Shown here: in pieces, positions 48,309 through 61,750 of the stretch
Position numbering within the stretch: position 1 is the first letter of the stretch
How the letters are laid out: each line of letters starts with the position of its first letter
DNA from: the human T2T-CHM13v2.0 reference genome, Homo sapiens
Assembly (NCBI RefSeq): GCF_009914755.1
Contig: NC_060927.1
Length of the DNA: 64,000 nucleotides
Direction: 5' to 3' (one strand)
Notes under the pieces: generated by a model
Database searches by the model: none
What the model saw: only the letters and a program-made list of their open reading frames with translations
What the model was told of the DNA's origin: nothing
Program-made: the position numbers and the translations under genes

Positions 48309-48673
48309 TGTATTAATCTACCAGGGCTGCTATAACAAAATACTTCAGACTGGGTGTCTTAAACAACAGAAATTTATTTTCTCACTATCTGAAGGCTGGA
48401 AGTCCAAGATAAGGTGTCAGCAGGTCTGGTGTCTCCAGATGCGTCTCTCCTTGGCTTGCAGATGACCACCTTCTCACTGTGTCTTCACATGGTCTTTTCT
48501 CCTTGTGTGTTCCTCCGTGGTGTCTCCTCTTATAAAGTCCTACTGGATTAGGGCCCAGTCCTGTCACCTTATTTAACATTAATTACCTCCTTAAGGCCCT
48601 ATCTCCAAATATAGTCACATTGAGGGTTAAGGCTTGAGGATGAATTTTGAGGATGCAATTTAGTCTCATAACA
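48309..48673 (-). mobile_element. MLT1A-type LTR
   Basis: tgtattaatc...gctgctataacaaaatac...cttaaacaacagaaatttattt...ggctggaagtccaagat...cataaca. Confidence 0.88.
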
Positions 48674-48975
48674 GAGAGTATGAATGCTTTATGTCTCTTG
48701 ATATGAACTGCTAAATTGTTCAGTTGTATAAAGTTTTATGTCAGTTTAAATAACTAAGTAAATGGAAATAACATCTATTACACTTCCGCTACCACTCTTT
48801 CTGTGAGATTTACTCAAGGACCCAAGACTTCTGAGGGGAATTTGATTTTATAAATATGAAATACATGAATTATAATGTAACTCCTAAATTTTTTCCCCAC
48901 ATTCTTATCAAATGAATTATTTTTGAAAATAGCTTTGGATGGATGGAAACAAATGTTAAATTTAACCTTATTTCT

Positions 48976-49303
48976 GGCCGTGTGTGGTGGCTCACACCTG
49001 TAATCCCAGCACTTTGGGGGGCTGAGGCAGGTGGATTATCTGAAGTCAGGAGTTCGAGACCAGCCTGGCCAACACGGTGAAACCCTGTCTCTACTAAAAA
49101 AAAAAAAAAAAAAATTAGCTGGGTGTGGTGGTCGGCACCCATAATCCCAGCTACTCTGAGAGGCTGAGGCAGGAGAATCGCTTGATCCCAGGAGGCAGAG
49201 GTTGTAGTGAGCCGAAATCACACCAGTGCATTCTAGCCTGGATAAGAGAGTGAGACTGTCTCAAAAAAAAAAACAAAACGAAAAACCAAAAACAAACAAA
49301 AAA
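48976..49303 (+). mobile_element. AluS
   Basis: Full-length with an expanded central A-run. Confidence 0.95.
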
Positions 49304-50743
49304 CACCTTACCTCTTATACCTTGTTTGCGGGAGTACACAACTCTATAAACCTTTTAGAGGGCAATTTGGCAATGCTTATTAAAATTGCAGAATTATACA
49401 GTCTGAATTCTGGAAGCCTAGCCTAAAGCTCCAGCTGACTATGTATGAAATAACAAATGTGAAAGGCTACTTATTTTAGTGTGATTCGTAATAGCAACAT
49501 TTTGCAAAAAATGCTGTAAATGTCCATTAATGGTAGCTTGATTAAATGTATATCCACACAGTACATTGTTATGTGTCTATAAAAATGAAGAAGCTTTCTG
49601 TATACAGATAAGGAAGGGTCTCATTTACTAAGTGTGCATAATGAGCTATACATACAAGGAAGAAAAAAATAATAGATGTGTGTTTACTCACCTGTATCCA
49701 CATAAGGAAACAATGGAAGGACACATAAGAAATGAATCAAATTGTTTACTTGGAGGTAGACATTGGGACTTGGGAATGAGGCGGCTCTTTACTTTTTATT
49801 GTATTTATGGATTGATTTCTGAATAATATATATTGCTATTGCAATTAAATGTTATAATCATGTTTTGACCTTTTTTGGAGCCCTAATGTGTATTTTCTAG
49901 TCTTTTGCTTTCTTGGGAATTTTGACTTTGTTAACAGTATGCATTTGTTTACAAGGGCTTGTTAGCAGGAATTAATACATAAACATGCAGTCACTGTGTT
50001 CCATTGCTATCATTAAGTATATAGGAGAATATAATTATAAAATAGATTGCTCAGACTACTTTTTTCATTTTTAGAGCTCTGCTTGTTATTATTAAATACT
50101 TAAAGATAATTGCAAATAAGAGACCTTTTGAATGTATAGCAATCTGCAGCTGTAGGTGTTTTGTGCTCTTGGTGCAAAGACCAAATATCAATTGAGAAAT
50201 TTAAAATTAAACAATTGGCTGCTACTGGCTGCTTGTTTCCAAACAGCTGGTTTTCCTACATTTTTGCACTTAATTTATTCACTGTTTGGACATCCTGCAA
50301 ATATTTGCTTTGAAAGAAATCACAAACTGCAATGAAGTTGTTTGTATAAAAAAAAGACGGACTCCTTTTCTACTTATTCTAATTTTTATTATTGTATTAC
50401 GTTAACACACCAAAACCAGACTTCATGGCATTACATCAATCACAAAGATCAAAGAATGTCAGGCTTTTTACCCTATAGATGAATTTGGCTAATGGCTTAC
50501 AACTGTGTTTCAACCTATAGACTAATTGTTTATTGACTCATTAACTAAGGTGGTGATTCTTATTTTGCTTCAACAGGGTAAGTATTTTATTTTAGTCATG
50601 GTTGCCACTTTCTGCTAACTTCATTGGGGATATTTATCAGAAATTAACTGCATCATTGTATTAAAGAACTCCCAGAGTCTGAAATGTGATGCTTTGATAG
50701 GATTCTTGAAAAAATTCCAACAGATTTTCTATAGATTCACTGA

Positions 50744-51051
<308 letters not shown>

Positions 51052-51822
51052 TGAGATTCACTAAATTTTTAGATATTACTTTGTTCTCTGCCTTCTTGTT
51101 ACTTCTTTCCTGTTCCTTTCTTTTTTCCTTGTCCATCTTTAATTTGGTTAATATGAAAATGATACAGTAATTCATAGTAGCTTTCTTTGCCACTTTGCCT
51201 CATTCAGAGCAGGTAATACTAGCTTTCTCTTGAAACATTGTAGTTTTGAAATTGGCAGCCCAATAAAAAATGTTGAATACCAAATTTAATTGAACCTTTT
51301 GTAATTTTCCATTTAAATAAATTAAATTTCTCTAGACTCTTTGTTTAAAAGCATTGAGTGTAAATACCGAGTTTCCTTTCCAAAAATAAGTGCTATTAAG
51401 ATGAAACAAGAAAAAGAATGATTACCGAGTGATTACTAGGCTTTCTCCTCTCAGGGAAAGCATTCTCTCCTGACGGGTGCGTAGTATTAGAAAGGAGAAA
51501 GAGCAGCTGAAGGATTAAAGCAGAACCCATTCTACTGAAATTTATTCAGGATGTAATTAATTTCATCTTAGCAGAGATTTCCAAAGGCTCTCCTTAACCC
51601 CCTCCGCCAAACTACTTGTGAGTAGTGGTATAAAGGTGCTGTGTATCAGAGTTAGTGTAAGGAAATCACATCTCTTGGCTTCAAAGACTTAAATTCCCAA
51701 TTTATTTTCTGATGGGATGTATGAAGATTTTCAATTGAAACAATAAAGAAAAATACTAATGTACAGTACTAAGCTACTTGCTTATTGTCTTAACTTTCCC
51801 TTTTTTTCTCTTCTTTCCACAG

Positions 51823-52014
51823 ATTGGAGCTTATTTTAGCAGCATATTAGCTGAGAAACTGAAGCTTAACACTTTCCAGGACACGGGAAAGAAGAAACCA
51901 CAAGTTAATGCTAAAGATAATTATTGGCTGGTTACTGCTCGATCCCAGAGTGCAATTCATAGTTGGTTTTCTGACTTAGCAGGAAATAAGCCACTTTCTA
52001 TTTTGGCAAAAAAG
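51823..52014 (+). CDS. MED12L: MED12L coding exon 3 (aa 69-132, [64 protein letters not shown])
   Basis: Long polypyrimidine tract plus cacAG|ATT, donor AAG|GTATCA, 192 nt, phase 0-0; start of the Med12 domain (WFxDLAGxKPL). Confidence 0.97.
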
Positions 52015-54954
52015 GTATCAAATATTTCTTACATTGTTTTAGTTATGGTCTTATAATCAGCTGTTTGGGATAATATTCAAGTATATATTTGTTTTTCCCA
52101 ATTCTTTTTGAGACTGCAAGCCTATTGGCAGGTTTGTGGTCCCAGGTGGGTGTTACTCCATGCTGTTTTCCCCTTTATTTTGATTGCATGTAGTGCCTAG
52201 GACATCTATAAATCCCTAAACATTCTGCATATCAAGCTGTTTATGTGGATTTTAGGTAGACAAGATTTTAAAATCAAGAACAGGCAAGAAGCCTTCATTT
52301 AAAAAAAAATTACATTTCCAGTTTTCTTAGGCCAAGATGTCCAAGATTTGTTAAAAAGATTCTTGCTTTGAGGTTATTTTCTTGTCTTTAAAAGTATCCA
52401 TCCAAATGCTTCAAGCTGTCTCCTTCCTACCAAGCAAGATAAAGATTGTGATTCTGTGTGTGCTTGTTCTTTGAAAAATTTTTAGAACAAAATGGGCAGG
52501 TTTATTCATAGCTTCTAGCTTTTTTTATAGGGGAGGGGATGTGGGAGGTTCTTTTAAAATCTTTGCCTTTGGTCATTTTTCTCAAGTGGGAAATAATACA
52601 TAGATTCAACAATCTTGTGGTCCAAACAGTATAAGATACCTCTTGAAATTTATATAAGAAACTAGAAACCTCGCTTATAGTCCTGATCTCTGATTTCTTG
52701 CACAACTTTGAAATAATCCCAGGGGTCTTTTCTTATCTCTTCTAAGGCCCTTTAGTGTTAGGAGTGCCTGTCTTCTGTTCTTAGTATTAAGTTTTCCTTA
52801 CCAGCTTGGTACAGGCCCAGTTTATAGGGGAGCTCTTTTGTATATTTGCCTATTTTCCAAAGCAACTCTTTGAAAATAGTGTCTGTAGCTTCCATTGGCT
52901 TTATTTTGCCTTAATGTCATAACATTGTATTGCCTTGCATAGATTTCAGTGGTGAAAGGCAACTGAAATCTTGGAAGAGTGTAACAGTCAGCATAACCAC
53001 CTCTTACCATTCAGTTAGTACCACTGTCTCAATCCAGGCTGAACCATGTATGACTTCTTTTCCAGTGGTGAATATTTACTTTGTGGTCCCACTGTGGCCT
53101 ATGAATTGTATCTGAAGGCCATATAAGTCATAGGGCATCCTTCAATATTTGATGGCTGTTGACTAACAGTTCATACTTTCCATGTTGCCAGCCTGACATC
53201 TTTCCATTTAGGTTTTCTTTTTTCATAAGTTTTTAGAGTGCATATTTTGGATTTGCTACTCTTGAGGAGTTGATGCCCTTGCTCTAGCGAAGTAGTGGTT
53301 TCTCCTCTTGTAGGAGGAAGTTGAATCATGGTGCAGTGTGTTAGCCATTATTCTTCTTTCTTTATTGGGAGCTGCCTCTGGCCAAGTCAGGTGTTCCTCA
53401 GGTAAGCCCTGATGTTAATTCTTTGCAAACTTGAAGATGGTTTCTTTATAAAATGATTAAATATACCTTGAATTATTCATTTCTTGGGCATTTCAAGAAT
53501 CCTTCCCCTTCCCTCCTCAGCATATCATCTTCTTGAGATGGTGAAATCTCTTTTAGAATGGGGTAAAGCAATACATTCTCTGCATGTTCTTCATAATAGA
53601 AAGTTCAAATACTTCTTTAATTTTTGGTATTCATCTGTGCGATGGCTTAAGGTTGAAAGCCTGGGTTTACTTGCTAAGATCCTGAGTCATCTTTGAAATC
53701 TTACCTTGAGTTCATAATAGTTTCCTGTATGGATCATGTTTCAGGACCTGGTTTTCTGCTACTGTGAAGCTTCACAGCGCGCCAAGGCGTTTATCCACAG
53801 AGAGGCTTGTAAAGGACCTTTTAACTCAATCACAATTGTAGATAGATTTGGAAAAGGAGACTTCTGGCATCTAGGGATATTCTTCCAGGTCTTGAGCAGT
53901 TCATTAACTCTCACCTGTTCCCTTCAGGTGACTTTGATTACTGTGGTCTGTGAAATTTTCTTTTGCCTTTACCCTTGCTTAGCAAACAGAGGATGCAGTG
54001 ATAACGTGCATCCAAGGAGAAAGGTGATAGGACACCCTTTTGTGGATTGAAAGCCAGCACATGCTAGGTGTCTTAATTTTCTCTGTACTTAGATGCGGCT
54101 GTAGCTTGATTTAGAACCAGACAACTGCCCTGTGATTGCCAAGTTTTAGCTATCATTTAAAATCAGATGGATTCTTTACTGAATAACATGTAATGCAACA
54201 AGGTGAGGAAGTCAATACTTTAGTCAATATAAACGTATTTTTCTTTTTGAGTGGGCCCAACTGTAGATTTGACAAAATTATTAATATGTGTCTGGTCGGT
54301 CTGCTTTCTTAATTGAGTAACTTCTTTCACATATGTTCTTCTTAATTCCGAAGTCTTGATTTGCATCAGCCAGTTCTCATGGGGTTCTGCTAGTACGGAG
54401 ACAGTGAGGTAGAGGTTTGCATTGTGCTGTTAATGTAAGATCTGTGCTGAGTTTTGTTTGCTGTCTCATCTAAACATTTCACAAATTCAGATGTTTTATT
54501 TTTTCCCCTCTGCCAATTGTAGTTCAAAGGAAATCCTTTAGGCATCTGTGAAAGATAACTACTAGTGGTGACTGTGTTGGAGATGCTAACTTGCGCTTGT
54601 TTATGTTTTAGGCCTTGACCTGTATAACCTTTTGGCATGTCTGAATGAGAGACAGTCTCACCTTGACAATGAAAATTTAACTCACTGACACCACACTGTA
54701 CATTCTAGTGAAAAGCAGCAACTCGGGTCTTGAACTGAATATTGAACTCTGTGCTTTTCTTGTCCCTGACTTAAATGATGGCCAGTAAACCGAGAGCCTT
54801 GTGCTCCATGAGAGATGTGCCTTGTAAGCCTGATTTTCAGGAAATGTTCCTGTTAAGTTGTATCTTTTTTGTCTAAAAGAGATAAAATTTAGTATCTGTC
54901 TGCAGAGAGGAAGCCTTCTAGCGTTGGCCTATATGACTTTTATCTCCTGTTTAG

Positions 54955-55384
<430 letters not shown>

Positions 55385-56864
55385 ATATGCTGCATCTTAC
55401 TGTGCAACCCAGGCAGCTTTTCCTTCAGCATTGAAAAGCTTTATGGTTCTTTGGCAAGACCAGGTGAAATAGTTTGCTTGTTTTTAAGGGCCACATACTA
55501 AAAGAATGAGCTCTTAAAAAGAATTATTCTAGGATCACACTTTGTACCAAGTGTGTGAATGGTCAAATTTGTGACATGTCAGTGCACAGATATCCACTGT
55601 ATGAGTGAGGATTTGGTTAAGAGAAAAATGCCATGCTATATCAATCAGTTAGCTGGTTTGAAGCCTTGATTTTCACAAAATCAAGTAAGAGTTTGGGACA
55701 GAGAGACCAGGGCTCTTGGTATTTATAGTAGTGATGTTCAGGATCCTCTAAGAAAGGGTCACATCCATGGCCTGAAAGCACTTTGGTTGGCATGGAGAAA
55801 TCCTTGGAACTGACAACAAAATAATCATTGTAATTTTGATTCATGTAATTGTTTTGCTTTATCCTTATAACTACCCTGTGAGGTGGACAGGGTTGATGTT
55901 AATAACACAGCTCATAAATGAGGATCCCAGGAATGAAGGGCTTAGCCAAACAGGTTTCATTCAGGAGTGGAGTACAGAGGGGGTCATGGCTGGCGTGGGG
56001 CATGTCCTTGGCCCTCAGTCTCATTGCTCTCATCCTGCTGCATCGTGGCTAATATAGTCTTTGTTCACTGTTTTTCTTCCTTTATATTCATAAACTTGAA
56101 TAGATGATATAGATGAATGGGCTATTCTTAGGATATTTATGAGGGATACTAGAAGAATGAATTAACTCTTTCAAACCATTCAGTGTACATTGGGATACTA
56201 ATTTGCTAAATAGTACCTTTGTGGTCTGGAAGACATAATTAACTGCCTCAAGTGCCTAATTTCAACCAGTAAATTAATTACCTAGCTATTTCTGGCTCAG
56301 TGTTTATTAGGCAGATTCACTGATCCATCATTGTAGTCTCTCTTTTAAATTTTGTACTAATGTCACTTTTAGAAGCTTTCTGGAAATTGTTACTCTTATG
56401 AAATTTTAATCAGAAAGCTTTGTACACACACAAAAAAAGGTCCTGGATAAAATATAGAGTAGGGACAATTTTCACTTGGTCTGTCCCTTCCAATTTTGAG
56501 ATAAATTCTTTGGAGGACTGTCATGAAATTATTTTTCCTTGCTCTGTTGATAAGATGAGTAGCTCTCAGCATCTGAGAATTTGAAAATCATTTATTTAAA
56601 AAAAATGGAAAGCACAACTAGTGAAAGTTTTATATTGTGCTACACCTAGTTTTGATTATTTTTTTCTTAATGAAAATTGGCTTAAAATGTTCCTTTAAAA
56701 AAACAAAAACTACATGCACTATTTGAAAATCCATCAAGGATATACTTTCTTAGGGCCAGCAGGTAACTTACAGACTCTTTCTTTTGCTTCCCCTTTATTT
56801 AGGTTTATCTAGTGATGAACACAGTACGTGATTATTATAAATATACTATGTTGTTTCTTTTTAG

Positions 56865-57024
56865 GTTCCTATCCTTAGTAAAAAAGAGGATGTTTTTGCA
56901 TATTTAGCTAAATATTCTGTGCCAATGGTTCGAGCAACGTGGCTGATCAAGATGACTTGTGCCTATTATTCTGCTATATCTGAAGCTAAAATTAAGAAAC
57001 GTCAGGCTCCTGATCCGAATTTGG
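56865..57024 (+). CDS. MED12L: MED12L coding exon 4 (aa 133-185 plus 1 nt, [53 protein letters not shown])
   Basis: Acceptor tttcttttTAG|GTT, donor TTGG|GTAAGT, 160 nt, phase 0-1; Med12-domain motif VPxxRAxWLIKM. Found by manual translation; not in the ORF track. Confidence 0.96.
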
Positions 57025-57189
57025 GTAAGTGAGAGAATACAATACACCTTACATTTCATTATTGATTTTGCAAGTAATTGTTGCCTGTACCCTCTGGATA
57101 CAGCCCAGCATGGTGAGTGTTGAGAAGGTCCGTGGTGAGACTGATTTGCTCGGGTATGGATAGGGCAGCTGTTCCTAGTTCACTCAGTC

Positions 57190-57990
57190 TCAGAATCCTG
57201 ACTCCATTAGCAAGGGCTGTTGATCTTACTGCCAAAATATATCCTGAATCTGAACACTTTTCACCACCACAGCTGTTGAAATGCTGGTTCAAGCCACCGA
57301 CATCTCTTAACTGGTTGGAGTCACAGCCTTCTAGCAGCTTTCTCTGCTGTTACTTTTGCTCCTTACATTGTATTCTCTGCATAACTACTATACTAATCTC
57401 CAAACCTAAATGGTATATTGTGTTTCTATTTATAAATTTGCAGCAATTTTTTATTACAGTGGGAATACAGATCCAGATTCTTTACTGTGGCCAGTGAAGT
57501 CATCGCTGATCTGCCCCCACCCCCGGCTCCCCCCCTTCCTGTGATGTTCCAGCCACAGTGCCTTCCTTCTATCTCCCTAATATGCTGAGCAGAGCTCCTT
57601 CCCTTTTCAGGGCTTCTGTGTTTCTTGTTTGTTGTACTTGGTTGGTCTTCTCTGGAATATTTGCATGCTTCTGTCTCTTCATTGCAGCTTTGGCTCAAAT
57701 GTCATTTCTGCAGGAGGCTTTCTCTGGCCACCTACCTAAATTGCATTCCCTCTCTTTCTCTCTTCTCCCTCTACTTCTGGTTATGTTCTCACGTTATTAT
57801 TTTATTCAATGTCCATCTCAATATCTGAAATTATGTTTAAAATATTTGTATCTGTCACTCTGTGCCCCACCTCACATACACTAAAATGTAAGGCCCATAA
57901 GGGCAGGAATGTTGGTCTTATTCTCACCAAGTCCCCAGTGTCCAGAGTTATGCTGGCCATGGTCAGTATTTTGAGTCAGAGTCCCCACTA
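57190..57990 (+). mobile_element. L2
   Basis: aaaatatatcctgaatctgaacactt, ctcaaatgtcattt and gagtcagag-type L2 motifs including aatgtaaggcccataagggcagg. Confidence 0.65.
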
Positions 57991-58753
57991 TGTTGGTTTC
58001 TAGACTGTGACTTCTTGAGGTGGTGCTAAAGCATGCTTTGTAGAAGATGTGATGCTAAACCAGAAATGTACATAAAGAGTTATATATAAATATGACCATT
58101 TAGAGATTGGGTTTATAAATAATTCCTTATGAAATGAAAACAGCTTATGGTTTTGTAAGGGAGAGTCCAATCACAAATCTCTGAGGAGGAGGGACAGAAA
58201 GTACAGACGTCTTCAGATGCCAGGTGGTGCCCTGGATAAATGAGTTGGGGTATAAAGTGGTGGGGAGTGGTGTGATTGGAGCACACTCTAAAAAGCATGA
58301 ACACTTAAAATTAAAAACAAAAACATGGTCTGAATTCTGTGGCTGCCATCTTTGAGTTCAGCATCATCCTATACGTGTTAAAAGAAATAAGCAAAAAGAA
58401 ACTGTATTTTAGAGAAGAAATGCCCAGGAAAAAATACTAGAAGGTAGTAATCCACAAGTTAACAGTGATGGCCTCTTAGTGTTGTTTTCACGGTGGTCTT
58501 CTATTATCTTTATATTTCTCTGAGTTTATTCCCCCCATCAGCATTTTATTTTATTTGAGGGAATACAAAAGAAGTGCCCCTTTTTATTACTAAAGTAATA
58601 CATTTTCATTACAAAATTTTCAAATAGTGCTGAAGTAGATACAACATGATGTTCAGGTTTCTCTTCTCCCTTCTCCTCTGTTATCCTTTTTGAAGTTTCA
58701 TTCATTCAGCAAAGTTCAGCCTTCACACACACATATTTCTTCATATATCTACA

Positions 58754-58755
<2 letters not shown>

Positions 58756-58790
<35 letters not shown>
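58756..58790. repeat. (TG)17 microsatellite
   Basis: Pure TG run. Confidence 0.95.
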
Positions 58791-58792
<2 letters not shown>

Positions 58793-58807
58793 CTCCACTG
58801 GATTAAC

Positions 58808-59106
58808 TTATTTATTTATTTATTTTTAGAGGTGGGGGGTCTCAGTCACCCATGTTGGAGTGCAGTGGCATGATCATAACTCACTGCTTCCTCAAACTCC
58901 TGGGCTGAAGTGATCTTCCTGCCTCAGCCTCTCAAGTTGTTGGGACTATAGGCGTGTGTCACCATGCCTGGCTAATTCTTTAATGTTTTGTAGAGACAGG
59001 GTCTCACTGTGTTGCCCAGGCTTTTTTGGAATGCCTGGGCTCAAGTGATCCTCTCACCTGCACCACCCAGAGTACTGGGATTACAGGGTGAGCCACTGCC
59101 CAACCA
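58808..59106 (-). mobile_element. AluJ
   Basis: tagagacagggtctcactgtgttgcccagg and gggctcaagtgatcct. Confidence 0.9.
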
Positions 59107-59109
59107 GTC

Positions 59110-60045
59110 TCCATTGGATTTATTAATACTTCTCCCCAGGACCTGGATATCCAATTGCTTACTAGCCACCTTCACTTTGATGACATCTGAAGTGTCTGAA
59201 TCGGCATCTGAACCATAATGTATATCAAATCAAGGTCTTGATTTCTTGTCATCCCTTAACTGTTTCTTCCTGACATTTCTTCTTAGTAAATGTTATGTGT
59301 AGTTATTGGATGGGTAAGGGTAAGAGCCAAATTGTCATTCCTGGTATTTATCTTTCTCTCAAAATCCTACATTCAGTCCGTCAACAATCTTGTCATCTTT
59401 ACTTTCAAAATAAAACCAGAATCTGAAAACTTGGTCTTCTGTGTCCCTGCTGTTACTCTGGCCAAACCACCACCACCTTTGCCTGTCTATGGCAGGGTTT
59501 TAGCCAATCTTCTTGTTTTTGTTTTTCTTCCTCTAATGTCAGCTTTCCACTTTGTAGCCAGAATGATCCTGTTAGGGCAGAAATTACGCCACCCTTATGC
59601 CCAGAATTCTTGCATGGCCCCTTGTCCCACTCAGATTGTGTAACTCAGCGACGCCAGCGACCTGCCTGCACATTCCAAACTCAGAGCTCTGCTGACCTGT
59701 GGGCGCGGCTCTTCCTTCACCTGTGGGTGCACATGGGCCTGCTCCCTTGCTCCACTGTGGTCTCTGCCCAGACGCGCTTCCTAAGAAAAGCCTTCTCCAA
59801 CCACTGCTGCCAAAATATCTCCCTGTTACTGTCTTCTTATTCTGCTTTATTTTTCTTCATTGTTCTTAACACCATCTGATGTTATATTTTTTATTAATTT
59901 TTGATCATCTGTCTACATCCACTCCCAAGTACAACACAGGCTCCATGAAGGACTTCGCTAGATTTGTTCAGTGCTGAGTCTCTGAAGACAGTACTTGGCA
60001 TACACAAGGTGGTCAGTAATCTTTAAAATAAATAAATGAATAATT
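59110..60045 (+). mobile_element. L2
   Basis: ccaattgcttactag, gtagccagaatgatc, ggctccatgaagg and aaataaatgaat motifs. Confidence 0.65.
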
Positions 60046-60358
60046 AGGCCTGAAACATTTATGTTTGTGTGTGTGTGTGATGTGATTACATATTTCTGCA
60101 TCTGTGTATGTATGTATTTAAAAAAATTTCTCCCAATTGATAATCCTTGAAACTTTCATTATCACCAGCTATATCGGAGAGACTACTCCATTCCTTATGT
60201 TCTCTTAATATATATTTTTTTGGTAACATGTTCTTGTCAGTGTTTTTCCTGATGTTCAATTTAATCTGACTTCGACTGCTACAAAAATGCAAAAAGGAAG
60301 TGCAGGAATGATTTTTACAACTGAAACTTAAAACGATTTTAGAGCAAATAAGAGTTCA

Positions 60359-60680
<322 letters not shown>

Positions 60681-61299
60681 AGTTTGATAGATCTTGATAA
60701 TTTGGAAAGGTTATGTAATTTCTGGGAAATCCCAGATATGAGTGTTTCACCAGGACCACATGATTTCCCCTACTAAATGGAGGGAAGTATAGCTCCAGTT
60801 TCTACTTAAGAACGTTATGGACTTGTTGGATTCATTAGTTTTACCATTAATTTCCTTATCACTATGGCTGGTTGGACTTTGGAGGGTTATTTTTCTCCCC
60901 ACCAAAAAGTTAAAACTTTTATTTTTTGCATACCCATAATGGATGGATTATTAGGTTTAGTCACTAGCTGTATTTTTTCTTCCTCTGTAAGCCAGATAAC
61001 ATACGATTCTGTTTTTTGATCCAGTTGATTTACAGTATATTGCAGTTCATGGGTTTTTATGATTATTAATGTATATTTAAAATTGTGAATATTAACTCCA
61101 TGAAGATCAAGTGCCTATAATAATATTTCTTATGTTAGAGTATCCAGGCTTTGAACTAAGACAGGCCAAAGGCTAAAAAGAGAAATATTTTTAAAATGTA
61201 TGAATTTCAGGAGTTTACCCCTAAGTTCCCAGGTCTACCATCTCAGAGGGAGCTTTGGGCTTTACTTTTATCAGTGCTGCCACTAAGAGACAAGGTGAT

Positions 61300-61750
61300 T
61301 TAATGCAAAGTCCTTAGCTTCTCCAGACATCAGTCTTTTCAACCTTGATTCAATCCAGTGTCTGTGTTGCCTTTGTCATGTTTTTTTAGTTGTCTTTAAT
61401 CTAGAACAGTTCATTAGCCATTTTCTTTTGACCTTGATATTTTTGAAGGAGGCACACCAGTTATTTTGTAGACTGTCCATTGATTTTTCCTTTCTCCAGT
61501 TTCTCATTAATAGATTTAAGTTACATACCTTTGCTTGGAATAGCCTGGAGGTGATGCTGTGAATGTATCAGTGTATCATATCCCAATACTGATGGTGGTA
61601 ACTTTGATGATTTGGGTAAGGTGGTGTCTATCGGATTTTTCTCCTTCTAAGTTACTATTCTACCCTTTGTAATTAGTAATTTACCTGTGTAAATATACAG
61701 TTCCTTTCTCTATATTCTTATATGTATTTTAATTGAAAATGAAGGATTCT
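61300..61750 (-). mobile_element. Ancient L1M fragment
   Basis: ctttaatctagaacagttc, ccagttattttgtagactgtcc and ggtaaggtggtgtct motifs; same family as 45540-46100. Confidence 0.6.
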
